Below, piece by piece: positions 38,442-50,866 of a stretch of DNA of 64,000 nucleotides. The notes beneath the pieces are model-generated. The model was not told the origin of the DNA, ran no database searches, and saw only the letters and a program-made list of their open reading frames with translations. The stretch comes from Caecitellus pseudoparvulus (lineage: Eukaryota; Protista; Bigyra: Bicosoecida). Numbering within the stretch: position 1 is the first letter of the stretch; the number at the start of each line of letters is the position of its first letter. The stretch covers positions 372,001-436,000 of the forward strand of contig CBFFRQ010000019.1 in NCBI GenBank assembly GCA_965644315.1, given 5' to 3'. The translations under genes and the position numbers were made by a program.

Positions 38442-41400
38442 TCAGGTAGCGGCCAGAATGGACACTGCATAGCCCCGGGAAGCGATGGCGCCGCGCTCAT
38501 GCTGCGCCATCTGCGGGGAGGTGACGGCTGCCACCTGCGCCTGCGTCGCTGCAGCCCGAATGCCCTCTGCGAACTGCTGGAAGTGTTCCGTGCTGGTGCC
38601 CAGCACCTCGTCACGCCGCAGCTGCACGTCGGCGGCAGTGTACTGACGCACGTAGCGAGAGGCTGCCAGGCGCCCACGGGCAGCGGGGGTCATGGGCGCA
38701 TCGATGGAGCCAATGGTGCTCACGATGGCATTGGTGACCTCCTGTCCCTGGGGCAGGTGCGTCAGCAGCCACTCAGACGTGCCGGCGTACGTGCCCAGCG
38801 TCGCTTCCAGGTGTGGGTCGCGGTAGGACGCGAAGGACAACTGCCGCGAGACGGCTGAGGGCGTGAGGAAGGCGCCGTACGCCCCGCCTTGCACGCGCAC
38901 GTTGTTCCACAAGTACGTCTTGCCAAGCCAAGAGGCGACGACGTCCACCCAGCCCGGCAGCGTCTTGCCCGGCCCCGCGAACTGCGGAATGTCCTGCACA
39001 CGCAGGGTCTGCACGGCGTAATTCACGCCAGTCGGCACACTGAGCAGGCGGGCAGAGAGGGGGCTGGCTGCCTTCATCCCCCACAGGTGCTCCGGGCTGC
39101 TGCTGGCCAGGGTGGCGGCGTGTGCGTCGGCTTCGCCGGCGGGCGGCAGGTGCCCCACGACGCCCAGAACACAGTCAGTGGCAGGGGCCATGGTGGCGGT
39201 GTCTGCCGTGACGACCCCCGTCACGTCCCCAGACGTCATGGCGTGGGTGCGCAGGGCTGCGAGGTCGCCCACCAGCTGCTGCATGGCGGCGTGGGGGGTA
39301 GGCGCGTCAATGTACGGACAGGGCACGCAGGGGGCCTCCGGCGCCAGCTGGATGCAGGGCACGTCGCTGCCCAGTCCCGGCACGGCTGTGCGCACGATGG
39401 GGGCAGTGCGTGCCTGTGGCTTGCCTGTCAGCGCGGCCAGGACGGCGCGCTGCCATGCCAGGGAGGTGACACCACCCCACACTTCCGCCAGCGCCGCTTC
39501 GTGGCTATTGGGCGCGTGCAGGAAACGCGAGGCGAAGGAGTGGCCTGCCTGCGGCACAGAGGACGTCTTTTCCGCGATGCTCTCGCGCAGCAGGTGCAGG
39601 ATGACGTCGGGGTTGTCCAGGGTGGAGTGCAACCCGACGTCCACGAGCAGGTCGCGCATGGTGCCGCACTGGGCAGCAAGCGCCTTGCCTCGCAGGTGCA
39701 GCGCGGCAACCACGGCGCCAGAGGAGTCCCCAGGAATGCTGCCGACATCTGTGCGCACAGAAATGCCGCCTGTGCTGGTGCCGATGCGGTTGGCCAGTTG
39801 CAGCTCCGAAGCGGCGCCGGTGAGAGCGGTGGGTGACAGGCCGCCCCCCGTCATGAGGGAAGTGAGGAGGGGGACGAGGGGCAACAAGTGCCCGGGGGCC
39901 TGGCGCAGATCGCACCACACTTCCGTGTGCGCGATGCCCGCTGTGGCCTGGTCGTGGCGCAGGAGGGAGCTGGCCCCACTGCCGCCGTGCAGGCCGCTAA
40001 CCTCCTGCGGCAAGTGCGGAGCGGTGGGGTCCAGGTCCTGCAGTCCCAGCACTGGGATGCGTGCGATGTCCTCAGGGCTGTCTGGCGTGCGCTGGCGTTC
40101 CTGCAGCGCCTTCTGCCGTTCAGCAGCTGCCTCTCGGGCGCCGTGCCCCAGAGACTCCAGCGCCGCTGCGGCCGCCTGGCTTTCCGCAGCCAGCTCAGCC
40201 GCCGGCAGACTGGTGCTGGGAGCCAAGTGCACGGCAGAGCAGTGCGTGTTGTCAAGCAACAGCTGCTGCACCAGCACCGTCAGCTCTGGGAAGCCTGCAG
40301 CCACCTGCTGCGGGTCGGAGCAGGCTGCCTTGAGTCGGGCCAGGGCGCTTTCCCACTGCAGCGCAGGCATGGGATCCTGCCCCGCGTTCCACTCCCCGAA
40401 TACGCCAAGGAACAGGGCCATGCCCTTGGCATAGCTGCCTCCAGTGGATGCGAACTCTCGAATGCGGAATTCGAGCGTGTTCAGGGCTGCAGCGACGCGT
40501 TCTGGCTCCAGCCCCTCCTGCACCACCCCGCTGAGAGTGGACCGCACAACGTGCTGCAACGCTGCCACGGCCGCCTGGGCGTCAGCGCTGGCTTCTGCCG
40601 TCTGCCCAGCTCGTGTCAGGCGGTGCAGGGGCATGTCCAGGGGCGGCGTCGGCAGGCCACTGGCGGCGAGGGTGTCGGAACTGACACCTTGCAGGCCCAC
40701 TGTGAACGTGCCCTGGACAAGGGATGGGTCGAAGCCGCCCCCCGTCACAGCGGTGCCCAGGCCGCTGTCCTGCAGTGCCTTGTACAGCACAGACGTGCGT
40801 TCGCCCAGCAGCAGCTCGCTGAGCAGCTGCAGACGCAGGGAATCGTACAAGGAAGTGACTGCGTGCCCTGTGTCGCTGTCCAGTGGCAGGGGCGCCCCAC
40901 GAGGCCTGTCGGGGCTGTCAGCTCCCCGCCGACCGCTGTCCAGCACCCAGGCAAGGCTGACGAGGCCATCGCTGTGGGCTGCACCCTCCTCGGCGGGGTA
41001 CTCTCCGAACGTGGCGGTGGGCTGTGGCAGGCGGCGCTGAGGGGCTGGTGGCGGCAGAGCTTCCGCTGGTTGAAACCCCTGGAACACAGCATGCAGCTTG
41101 GTCAGGCGTTCCGACTCTGGGTCGTCTCCGCAGAAGAACACCTTTGCGTTGCTGGGGTGGTACGCCGTCTTGTGGAAGGCCTGGAAGGCGTCCCAGGTCA
41201 GGGAGGGAATGGCGACCGGGTCGCCGCCGCTGTTGTGGGCGTACTCGGTGTCTGGGAACAGCGCCGCCTGCTGCGCGTAGTGCAGGCGTGCGTCAGGGGA
41301 CGAATACACGCCCTTCATCTCATTGTACACGACGCCGGTGAAGGCGGGCTGCGCGCTGGCGTCTGCCACGTCGAAGTGCCAGCCTTCCTGCGCCAGGGTG

Positions 41401-41998
41401 AAGGGGGTGAGTTTGGGCCGGAACACGGCGTCCAGGTACACATCCACGAGGTTGTTGAAGTCCTGAGTGTTCTGGGACGACACCGGGTACACCGTCCTGC
41501 AGCGGGGCGCGAGTGGGAGGGCGTGAGGGAGGCGGGGCTGGCCGGGCTGGAGGCAACGCACCTGTCTGGGTACGTCATCGCGTTCAGAAACGTGTACAGG
41601 GAGGATTTGAGGAGGTCCACGAAGGGCTCCTTGGAGGGGTATGCTTCGCTGCCACACAGGACGGAGTGCTCCATGATGTGGGCCACGCCGGCGCTGTCCG
41701 TGGCGGGGGTGCGGAAGCCCACCGCGAAGGCCTTGTGCCCGTCACCACGCAGGCTGAGCACCTGCGCACCGGTGGATTTGTGCCGGTACAGCCGTGCCAT
41801 CATGCCGTACTCCGGCACGAAGGTCTCTTGCTGCACTTCGAAGTGCTCAAGTGCGTCATGGGATGGGATGTGGATGGCCCCTTGGAAGTCTGCCGCAGAG
41901 GTGCCCACGAAACGAGGGCCAAGTGTTGCGGGCCTGCTCAATTTCCGCAGCAAAGCCCTGCCCCTTGCAGCCGCCATTCCGGCCCTAGACATGGCCAT
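38442..41998 (-). CDS. PITRM1: Presequence protease (M16C metallopeptidase, PreP/Cym1/PITRM1 family); intron 41497-41561
   Basis: GVAHIMEHSVLCGS..YP.KEPF, FLNAMTYPDR/TVYPVSSQN, GVVYNEMKGVYSSP, YHPSNA, VRVQGGAYG, SYRDP; Arg-rich N-terminal transit-like peptide. Confidence 0.93.
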
Positions 41999-42615
41999 GG
42001 CGGGTGTGCAAAGAAGGGCAGAGGGTAACACAACTACATGTGATGTTGTGGGGGGGAGGAGGCGTGTGGGCTTGAACGGTGCGGTGTGATTTGTTCGGTG
42101 GAGTCAGGTGCTGTGACAGGACGAGGAGGGGCCTCAAATTCCGCCCCCTCTCTCGAGCAGACCAGAAAACGCTGCAAACAGCGTAGTTTGTGCGTGCGCT
42201 GCTGCCCAGAACGATTGAGATGGGATGCATATGACAAACCCTTTCCACGCGCGAAGTTGGGGAAGGATCTGCTGCTTGGCGGCACCGTTGCAAGCAGAAA
42301 AGGTTGCAACCACGCCATGTGCAGCTCCGGGCTGAGCTCACTTCCACACAGAAGTGGGAGTGCAAAAAATTCCGCATCCCGTACTGGACGACTCGCTTCT
42401 CCTTCGATGCAGCGTACTCCTGGATGCCGTCCCAGGCTGAAGAGTGTGCAGTGGTCTTCTGCGCCTGCTGCATTGCTCCGCACAGCCATAACGCCGCAGG
42501 TGAGCTCACCGCGACGTACAGTCGCAAGCCCGCGCTGCCAGCCTACGACAGCGATGTCCCATATGTATGATTGCAAGGGCAAGCGTCTCCCGCCGTTGCA
42601 CTGTGCAGGGCCAGC

Positions 42616-44273
42616 ATGGCGGACGCCGGGAGCGCCGCGTCTGTGTCAGACCTTGATGCTGCACCCATGACGAGGAAACGCCAGCGCGAAGAGGACTCTG
42701 CCAGCGACAGCGGCGGCGACGCAGGCAGCGACGGCAGTTCCCAGGCATCAGAAGACGACGACGTTGTGGCATCGCAAGCCTTTCAAGTGGACACTGACTT
42801 CTCCAATGAGGAGCTGCAGGTGCGTGTGCGGAGCGGCTGGCACGGGCGTTGTGCTTCTCAGCAAAGCAGGAGCGTGTCTCGCACTCCACGCAGGTGCGCC
42901 GCACACGCCGTGGGGTGTATGAAGGGCGCAAGGCAGATGAAGACAGTGCAGCCATGGCCAACAAGCGTCGGCGAGGAGGCCCAAAGTGAGTCTGGGGGCT
43001 GGCGCAGGCGTGGTGGATTGCGGAAATTGAGCTGCTCTCCCCGGCACTTTGACCCAGCGCAGCACTGCAAACAAGCCACCGCTGCGACTCGCAGGAAGCG
43101 CGGAATATCGGCACGTGTTCCACGGTCATCCATGAGCCGCGCCCAGCTGAGGAAGTGCGTCCCGTCAGCCAAACCCCTCGTGCACGATGCGCTGGTGGTG
43201 TTTGACGTGGCGCAGGAGCCGGCGTGGAAGTACGACCTCCGCCGCGTGGTGGATGCGGGCACTGACTTCACAGAGGTGCGACACGTTGCCAGCCACATGC
43301 ACCTGCACCACGTGTGCCACCCTGGCCCCCCCTCTCCCCCCCTGCCTGCCTCAGTGGACCAGCTACAAGCTCAAGTCACAGACATTGTATTTCGACACGG
43401 CGTCCAAACGGTGCGTCTGCCCGCGCGCAAGCCCGTGTGCCAGGCACACGACCACGTCTCCACAATCCCAACGCTCAGGTTTGAGCTGTCGCGCAGTGGT
43501 GCGCACTGTGCGGCGGGGTTCGACCTGTACTGCCTCGCTGAGGTGCACTCTCCCCGCTCCACCACTGTGGCCCACATCCAAAGCCTTTCGGTGCGCAGCC
43601 CCCGCGCAGCCGCCGCCTGGACATGCCCTCACCCCCCCTCTTCCCCCGCGCACAGGTCCCCCTGCCCCCCCACGCCAAGACTCCCCGGTGGGGGGACCTT
43701 GACTGGGCGGAATTGCGGTGGCACTCTGCGGGGCTCAGCGTGCGGGGCGTGGCGCTGCCCATCCACAGCCTGCGCTTCCTGCACAACCACACCGCGGCAC
43801 ATGCACCCCACGCCTCCAGCCTGTCAGACCCGGATGCCCTCCAAGCCGCCAAGGCCTCCTTGGCGCACCTGCCGCACCGCGTGGCTGCCGAGGCACGGGC
43901 GTGGCTGCTGCAGCCACAATGCCTGCCAACGTACCCTCTGCTCGCAGATGCGGTCTCAGCGGGGGTGTTGTCCCTCGCACAGGCGGCACAGGCCCTGCCT
44001 TCCGAGGGGGGCGTCGTGGACCCGACCAAAGCACCAGCAGCGTTGGAGGCTGCCAGCCCATCCCACGCTCGGGGGGAGCTGCCGATCGTCATGCCTGCGC
44101 GACCCCGGGGTCGCGGACGAGGTCGCGGGCGAGGCCGTGGTCGCGGGCGTGGACGAGGTCGCGGACGAGGTCGCGGGCGTGGGCGGGGTCGCGGGCGGCA
44201 AGGGTTTGCCGTGTCCGGACTAGCAGCGGCCGCTGGCACACGGAAGGCCAGGCGCACTCTCTCCAGCGACTGA
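42616..44273 (+). CDS. Host hypothetical multi-exon protein with acidic N-terminus and C-terminal RG repeat
   Basis: ATG at 42616; several GTGCG/GTGAG...CAG introns; last exon is the 43623-44273 frame. Confidence 0.55.
44100..44198 (+). repeat. Degenerate 6-bp repeat encoding (RG)n
   Basis: CGGGGTCGCGGACGAGGTCGCGGGCGAGGC...; synonymous variation keeps Arg-Gly. Confidence 0.85.
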
Positions 44274-44351
44274 ATGCACTTGGCGGTGTTGTATGCAGGC
44301 GCTGTGCGAGGCATTTCCGGCTTTGAAAGGGTGGCGGGTGCAACGTCCACT

Positions 44352-47009
44352 TCACTCTGCATTGCTGCCTGGGGCCAACACTTTCTCCCGTTTCTGGTGC
44401 CAGAAATCCGACATGTGCTTGTCGAAGAGTGACATGGGCTCGCCATCCGTGCTGCTCCCCAGCACCAACCCAACCTCGTCGCATACATCCTGCAGCTCCC
44501 CCCAGTGCCCCTTCAACTTCATGCTGTCGACGATGTGGACGCCAAACTCTTGAAGTTGAAGCCGCAGGTCGTCAGGCGCTTCGCACTGCATGAGGATGCA
44601 TGGGCCGCCATCCTCGATGATGACCGCGTTTGACTGAGAAAAGGCTGCGAAACGCGCTTGCCACACCTCCATGTCTTGACTCTCAAGATGTGGCTGTGAC
44701 TTGGCCATCCTCGCGGCGACGATGAGGTCACCCATGGCACGTACTGCTTGCATGTGCCGAGCATGCAAGGCTTCCTTGGTAACACCCTTGAAGTGACGTA
44801 CCCCACACAAGGCTTCGAGTTGCTCCGTTGACGTGTAGTGTGCAACGCTTGCTTGCCCGCCACCTCTCAGATTGCCCTGCCTGGCGCACTTCACATTCAA
44901 GCGCACGATCCTAGCCGTCCAGACGCCGTCCTTTTCGCTGGGGAGCACTCCGACCAGGTCTCCGCCCCAGATGTCTGAGGGCTCAGCCGCCAGGAAGGCT
45001 CCCCCCTCCAGTGCAAGGAATTGCCTCAGGCTGGGGTGCGACTTTTGCAGCGAGGTGCGTGCTGCCCACGCACGGCCACTCCAGGTGTCCTCAGGGCCAC
45101 TGGTCTCACCGATCCCTCCAGGAGCTCCAGCACCCACCCCGGGTGGACCATGTGTCTCCCCCTGGGTTCCCTCCGGTCGGATAGGAGTCCCTGGCGTGGG
45201 CTCGCTGCCGCGAAGTGGTACCTCTGCCAGCTGTCCTGCCCGAGAGTCGCAATTGCTGGGCCCTACTCCCTCTCCACTCTGCACCAGCACTAAAGCATTG
45301 AACTCTGGAGTCCTTCCCAATGCCCGGGCAATGGGCAGTCGTGCCAGCTTCGCGAACATTGGGTGGCGCAGCCAAGCCAGCACGTTCCGGTGAACAGACT
45401 TGGTCATGTGCCTGCGGTACACGCCCAAGCAGCGCAGGGCAACATCGCACACGCTGTCTTCAAACCACCCTGCGCTGATGGCAGGGGCGACGAGGCTTGA
45501 ATGGGTCACTGGCGTGGGTGCGGAGGCGTAGTAGCCACGGTTCCTGTACTCCTCCGGCACAGGGTCGCGTTGGCCAGTGCGTGCCTCCAGCAGCTCCTTG
45601 AGCTCGTGCTTGGGCACCGTGAAGTTCTCTGGTCTAAAGTCTGACATTGAGACTCCTCTGAGCTTTTGCCTGTCCTCGGGCGAAAGCAGCTCAAGGAACG
45701 CGTCAAGGACCTGCTCCAGCTGGCCAGTTGGCTCACACGGAGCGTCAGGAACTTCAGGATTGTCGTGCTCAGGCCAAGGACTGGAGTGATCCCAAGAGCA
45801 CATCAAGTCTGTAGCATACAGAGCCAGGCTCCTGCACGAATGCCCGCACTGTTCCAAGATGTACTCGCAGGCAGCTTGTTCACAGTCTGACGAAGATGCG
45901 CGCCCTGCCCCCCACTCCCACAGAAGCAGGGCATCAAGCTTCTTGGCCATGACCAAGGCTGCGAGGGTGGGCAGTCTGCCTTGCTCCTGCTTGTAGATGT
46001 TAAAGGAGGGGTCTACTCTTCGGCACGCGTGCGCGAGGATGTACTTCTTCAGGGAGCCGATCGACCAAGAAGGACCGCCAAGGCGAATGTGCTCCAGCTT
46101 TTCAGGACAGCTCTTCATCTGTGCGATGGAGTGTGTATACTCGGGAGGGAATTGATACAACTGCCTCTTTGAATAGAACATGTGCTCTACCGGCAGGAAA
46201 CTGGAGCACATGAGGAGGCCCAATGCGGGACGGCTGCCTTTCTGCAGGCACAGCTGTTCACAGTTCCATTTCGAAGCACACTCTTCGGTAAAGTGACTGG
46301 CCTTGAAGAGGCATTCAACTTCGTCAACGAGGGCGATGACGGCAATGCCGGCTGCCTTGAGCAGAACGTTCACAATATCCTTGCGGTCAGATGTGTAGGC
46401 CTCCATCAGTGCTGCGTACAGCTCAGGAGTCAGTGCCTCTGGATCGCCAGCACCCGCACCATCATCTGAAGGCCACAAGTGCCGCAAGTGGACGCGGTGT
46501 ACCATGTATGTCGGCGTGTCCTTGGCGGTCTCGGCCAGGTATTCCAGCGCCTTTGCCACAGGCGCGTGCCGCCCAAGTCCACGCAGTTGCTGTGCAACTG
46601 AGCCGAGCAGCCACTCATCGAAGCCCCTTGTATCCGATGGATCGTGCTTTGACAGGTCGATCATGCAGCACAAAGTCAACTTGCCGTCCGGATTTGCCGC
46701 GCTTTGGCTCGCCGTCTCCTGAGCAAACGCGCGCAGCATGTGGGACTTCCCACTGCCCTTGGGGCCCGTTAGGAGGTATGCTTGTGGCAACGGAGAGTAG
46801 CCAAGCAACTCCCTTCGCATGAAACCGAGGGAGTATGCCAAGAGCCTCAAGTGGCTCAGGGGAACGAACACCTCATGCTCACTGAGGGCGAGATCTTGTA
46901 GCACGGAGTTGGCTGGCGATAGCACCCCTTCGTACTCTGGCAACGGCAGTCCAAACATGCACATCTTTTCACAGGGCCCCATCGTGTTTTCATCAGTTCG
47001 AGGCGGCAT
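44352..47009 (-). CDS. Intronless P-loop NTPase with a C-terminal restriction-endonuclease-like motif (Crinkler/RHS-effector-like architecture)
   Basis: YLLTGPKGSGKS, IALVDEVE; C-terminal EPSDIWGGDLVGV...IVRLNVK; less GC-rich than its neighbours. Confidence 0.6.
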   Translation of the reverse strand: MPPRTDENTMGPCEKMCMFGLPLPEYEGVLSPANSVLQDLALSEHEVFVPLSHLRLLAYSLGFMRRELLGYSPLPQAYLLTGPKGSGKSHMLRAFAQETASQSAANPDGKLTLCCMIDLSKHDPSDTRGFDEWLLGSVAQQLRGLGRHAPVAKALEYLAETAKDTPTYMVHRVHLRHLWPSDDGAGAGDPEALTPELYAALMEAYTSDRKDIVNVLLKAAGIAVIALVDEVECLFKASHFTEECASKWNCEQLCLQKGSRPALGLLMCSSFLPVEHMFYSKRQLYQFPPEYTHSIAQMKSCPEKLEHIRLGGPSWSIGSLKKYILAHACRRVDPSFNIYKQEQGRLPTLAALVMAKKLDALLLWEWGAGRASSSDCEQAACEYILEQCGHSCRSLALYATDLMCSWDHSSPWPEHDNPEVPDAPCEPTGQLEQVLDAFLELLSPEDRQKLRGVSMSDFRPENFTVPKHELKELLEARTGQRDPVPEEYRNRGYYASAPTPVTHSSLVAPAISAGWFEDSVCDVALRCLGVYRRHMTKSVHRNVLAWLRHPMFAKLARLPIARALGRTPEFNALVLVQSGEGVGPSNCDSRAGQLAEVPLRGSEPTPGTPIRPEGTQGETHGPPGVGAGAPGGIGETSGPEDTWSGRAWAARTSLQKSHPSLRQFLALEGGAFLAAEPSDIWGGDLVGVLPSEKDGVWTARIVRLNVKCARQGNLRGGGQASVAHYTSTEQLEALCGVRHFKGVTKEALHARHMQAVRAMGDLIVAARMAKSQPHLESQDMEVWQARFAAFSQSNAVIIEDGGPCILMQCEAPDDLRLQLQEFGVHIVDSMKLKGHWGELQDVCDEVGLVLGSSTDGEPMSLFDKHMSDFWHQKREKVLAPGSNAE

Positions 47010-47670
47010 CGCACTCGCTGTCTCCGCTGCGGCGTCTGTGAGTCACAAGGAGGCTGAACGTACACGTGCAAACGCAGTTCATGGCAGCCATGCCAAGCCG
47101 CCCAAACCACCTTATCGCAACGCAGAACGCACCGTCCATTGCAAGGCGAGAATGAACGGTATCGCCAGAGAAGGAGGAGCCCTTGTAGCGCTCTTGCAGT
47201 CCGGCAAGGCCGCTGAGTTTCGTGCGGAATTGGCAAACCTGCGTTTCAGACCCCAGAAGCTTGGAGCGCGCGCAGTCTTCACTCTCCCCACTGAAGTAGT
47301 GCACGGGAGCTGCGCACTGTGCGCAGTGTGCCCCTCGTGCATGGGTTGCCTGATGCTGGAGTGGGCTGGATTGTATCGCCGCCCTTCGTTTGCTTTGGCA
47401 CATCCAGGGGGGGTCTCCAACAAGGCGCCAGTCATGCATCACTTTCCGCTCTGGTGAGGACTCGACTGCTTGAAGGTACGGCACCAGGGCACTCTCCCTT
47501 CCTTCGGCGTTTTCCACTCGAGAGTGGCCACGCTCAAGTGGCTTGCACCTCCCCCTTTTTCCAGGGTCCAGGTCTGGCCTTTTCCGCAAAAACCACCCAC
47601 TTCCAACCACCTCATTATAGTGCTGCTCCCTTGCTGTTCAGCGTGCTACCTTGGCCTTGCACTTTGTGCC

Positions 47671-48255
47671 ATGGCAGCTGCTGCGCCGGACGCCTCCGCT
47701 GCTGAAGCGAAAGTCAATGCGGCTGCGCCGACGCCCGTTCCGCAGCAAGGGCGGATCCCACGGCCGCTGAAGCAGTGTCACTATATTTTAGAGAACAGGA
47801 AAAGACTGCGGAACAAAGCTGTGGCCTCTGCCGCCACTGGTGCGGCGGTGGGAGGCGCCCTCGGCCACAGCCTGGGTTCGGCTCTATTTCCGCAGGGTCG
47901 AGGCGCGTGGACTGCGCACGTGCCCAGCACGACGCCGAGTGCGTCAGAAGGCACGGCGGCGCGCAGTCGGTACGAACGCATGTTGGGCGGCATGTGGCGC
48001 CTCCCTGGCCTGCGCTGGGTGAGCGTTCGGCGCCCAGTGGCGGTGCTGGTGGGTGGCATTGGCCTCGGTCTCCTGGCTGGCTTGCGTGTGGGCTTGCCGG
48101 CGTCAGACTGGCAGTGGCTGCGGGACAACGCCAACCCGAGTCGAGCGGAAATGGACGCTGCTGAGCGCGTGGCGGCGGCGGAGTCCACACTGGTGGGGGG
48201 GGGGGCGTTGCGGCGCAGTGCAGGAGCAGTGGTGGCCTCCCAGCAGGACCGCTGA
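47671..48255 (+). CDS. Host small membrane protein, hypothetical
   Basis: Two Gly-rich hydrophobic segments; ATG in GCCATGG context. Confidence 0.55.
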   Translation: MAAAAPDASAAEAKVNAAAPTPVPQQGRIPRPLKQCHYILENRKRLRNKAVASAATGAAVGGALGHSLGSALFPQGRGAWTAHVPSTTPSASEGTAARSRYERMLGGMWRLPGLRWVSVRRPVAVLVGGIGLGLLAGLRVGLPASDWQWLRDNANPSRAEMDAAERVAAAESTLVGGGALRRSAGAVVASQQDR

Positions 48256-48589
48256 GGCCGTGCCTGGCACCTGCCAAGTATTATCAATTACCAACCATAC
48301 AGTGCCATGTGTAGGCTTGCCCTGCTTGGCATTGGCGTGTGCCGGTTAGAGTGGCAGCGTGTGGCCCGCCGTGGGAGAGCTCGGCCCTGGTACCCGTCCT
48401 TGGGGGGGCTGCGCACCCCCCCTCCAAAGGAAAAATTAAAACTCAAACTCCACATGCACTTCGTCGGGCAGCACGTGGCCCATGCGAGCATGCGAAGGCT
48501 GTGGGCGGCAGGGCAAGGTGCGCCAGTGTCGTGGCCTGGGTGCACAGGCCAGCCTTGGCAGCCTGCTGCGTTGAAGTGGCTCCAGCCAC

Positions 48590-50866
48590 GTGGCAGGTTT
48601 CGGAAACGCCGCACTACACTCACGGTTCTTCTTCCAGTGGGCCGACTACCTTCATCGCCTGCTCCTCAGGATGCAGTCGGCGGCAGGAAGCCTGGTGGGC
48701 GGACAGCAGATTCCGCACGCCACGCCTCCCGAAGCTATTGTGCTGCGAGTTGCACTGAGCCACAGCCGGCGCGCACGGGACAGTGAAACACGTGGTGATA
48801 TAGAACAGGTGCGTCGTGGTTGAGGGGGAGCCGGCTCGGTGCACGTGTCGTGGTGCCGCCGCCCGATTCTGTGTCGAAGCAGGGCTGGCAGCTTTAGCAG
48901 ACATGCGTGGACGCCCCCCCCCTCCCTCTGCCGACCACCACAGGCACGGGCCATGTACAGCAGTGCAGCGCAACTGCTGCGAGCTACAGCTGCTAGCCGG
49001 GCCTTGACCCCTGCTCAGGCCACGCAGGCCATTGCGTTGGCTGCTGCGTACGAACGGCAGGCAGAGAAGGGCCCTGCCCCACCCTCTGCACTTGCAGCTG
49101 TAGGACTGCCTCACACGGGCAGTGGTTCGGGGGTCCGTGCTGATCACAGTGCTGCCCCGGCCCCTGCGTCGCTGGCACAGCAGGGTGCCTTGGCCTCTGG
49201 GACAGAGGCGGTTGCGAAACGCTCTGCCGGCACCAGCCTCCTGCGGCCATCACCCGGGCTGCTGCGGGCGCAGGCAGCCCAAAGCGGCGCAGCTGGGCTG
49301 GAGAAAGTTGGATTTCGTGACGGCCCCGGGGCTGGGCAGCCCGCTGGCCTCTCGCCTTGCCTGAGCAGCGGCGCCGTGCTGCCCCCGGCACACCCTGCGC
49401 TGCTGCCGTTTTGGCTCTTTGCACGACTGCAGAGCGGTCTGCGCGGCGGCTGCATGCTGACGCCGCGGCTGTTCCTGCCCAAGGCACTCTTTTGTACAGG
49501 GCATGCCCGTGTGGCAAGCGTGCGGCAGCTGCGGCAGCTGCTGCAGCGGCTAACAGCCTCCCTGCGCCGCGCATCAAGTGCCCTGGATGTAACGTCACCC
49601 ACCACGCCAGGAGTGCTGCACGACGCGCTGTGCCAGCTGCTGGCTGACATTCGAAGCGCGAACACTGCATTTACGGGGAGAGTGCCACGTCTCCTGTCCC
49701 TGCTGCCCCGCAAGACGGCTGCCAGCGCGTTGCCAGGCGTTGGCCAGCTGACGGCGTCAGCATCACCTGCCGCGTCACACTGCACCGCCGCTGGCACGGC
49801 GCCGCCCACCTCGCCTGAGAAGGCCCCCACCCCTGCAGCATTCCAAGGTGTGCGCAGCAGCCCCCTGGGCCCGCCTGCTTCTGCCGGTGAGCGGGGCAGT
49901 GGTGGCGCAAGTGTTGCTTCGGGGCCCATGGTGCGCCCCCGCCCCCACCCGACTTCACCGGAACACACGCTGCTGGCGCCGGAGTTCCTGGTAATTTCCA
50001 CGCCCCATTGTGTGGGAGTGCCCCTGGGCAGCAGTGTCGTGGCGTCAGGCTTGGCTGGGCCCGCTGGCCCGCGGCGCGGTACTGTGGCGCCGCCGCGCCG
50101 GCCCAGCGCCCCAGCGCGGACGCCGCCGCCCAGGGGCATGGGCCCACCTGCCGCCACCCCGGCAGATGGCGTGACAGGCGCGCCAGGGAGTGACTCGCGG
50201 TCCAGCCCAAGCCCCGACACGCCCCCCCCCTCCGCGCCGTCCTCGGGCTGGTGGTCAGCCCTCAGCACAGGAGTCACGTCGGGCATCACCTCAGTGCTGG
50301 CAGGCATGGGGGCGGGGGGTGGTGGGCCAGCTGGCCCCAGCCCTGCGCCATCGGCGGCGCCCCCCTCCTCTGACGGCGCGCCTGACGCCAGGCAAGGCGC
50401 ACCCCCGCCCCTGCTGACACCTGAAGCTGGCGCCGCCCTGTCAAGTGACGTGCTGGCCCTGTGTGAGGCGGCTGACGCGCTGGGCGCGTGGACTGCCGTG
50501 GCCGTGTGGGCAGGCACACAGCAAGAGTGTGGGGAGTTTTCAGACGATGAGGAGGGCCCTGCGCTGGGGGGGGCGTGGCGTGCGCCAGCAGCCCCAGCGC
50601 AGGAGGCCAAAGCCGCGTTGCCGTTTCTGGCACGGGCTGCTCAGGGGCTGCAGGACGCCGGGCATGCCCACGCGGCAGTGCAGGCACTGGGCAGTGACAG
50701 GGCTGCCACGGCGCACGTGCTGAATCACTGCGCGCGCGGGCTGTGGCACACTGCCGCTGTGCCGGTGCTGGAGGCTGTGCGGACAGCGGTGCGCGCCCAT
50801 GCACGCGCAGCAGGCGCGGCGTTTGGGCAGCCTCCACGGCCACAGACGGGCTTCTTGTGGAGATGA
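48590..50866 (+). CDS. Host protein with a possible MIT-like N-terminal helical domain; intron 48809-48943; start uncertain
   Basis: Splice joins ...ETRGDIEQ/ARAMYSSAAQLL; P.HP.LLPFWL...GG.LTPRLFLPK resembles a motif of fungal MIT-domain proteins. Confidence 0.45.
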
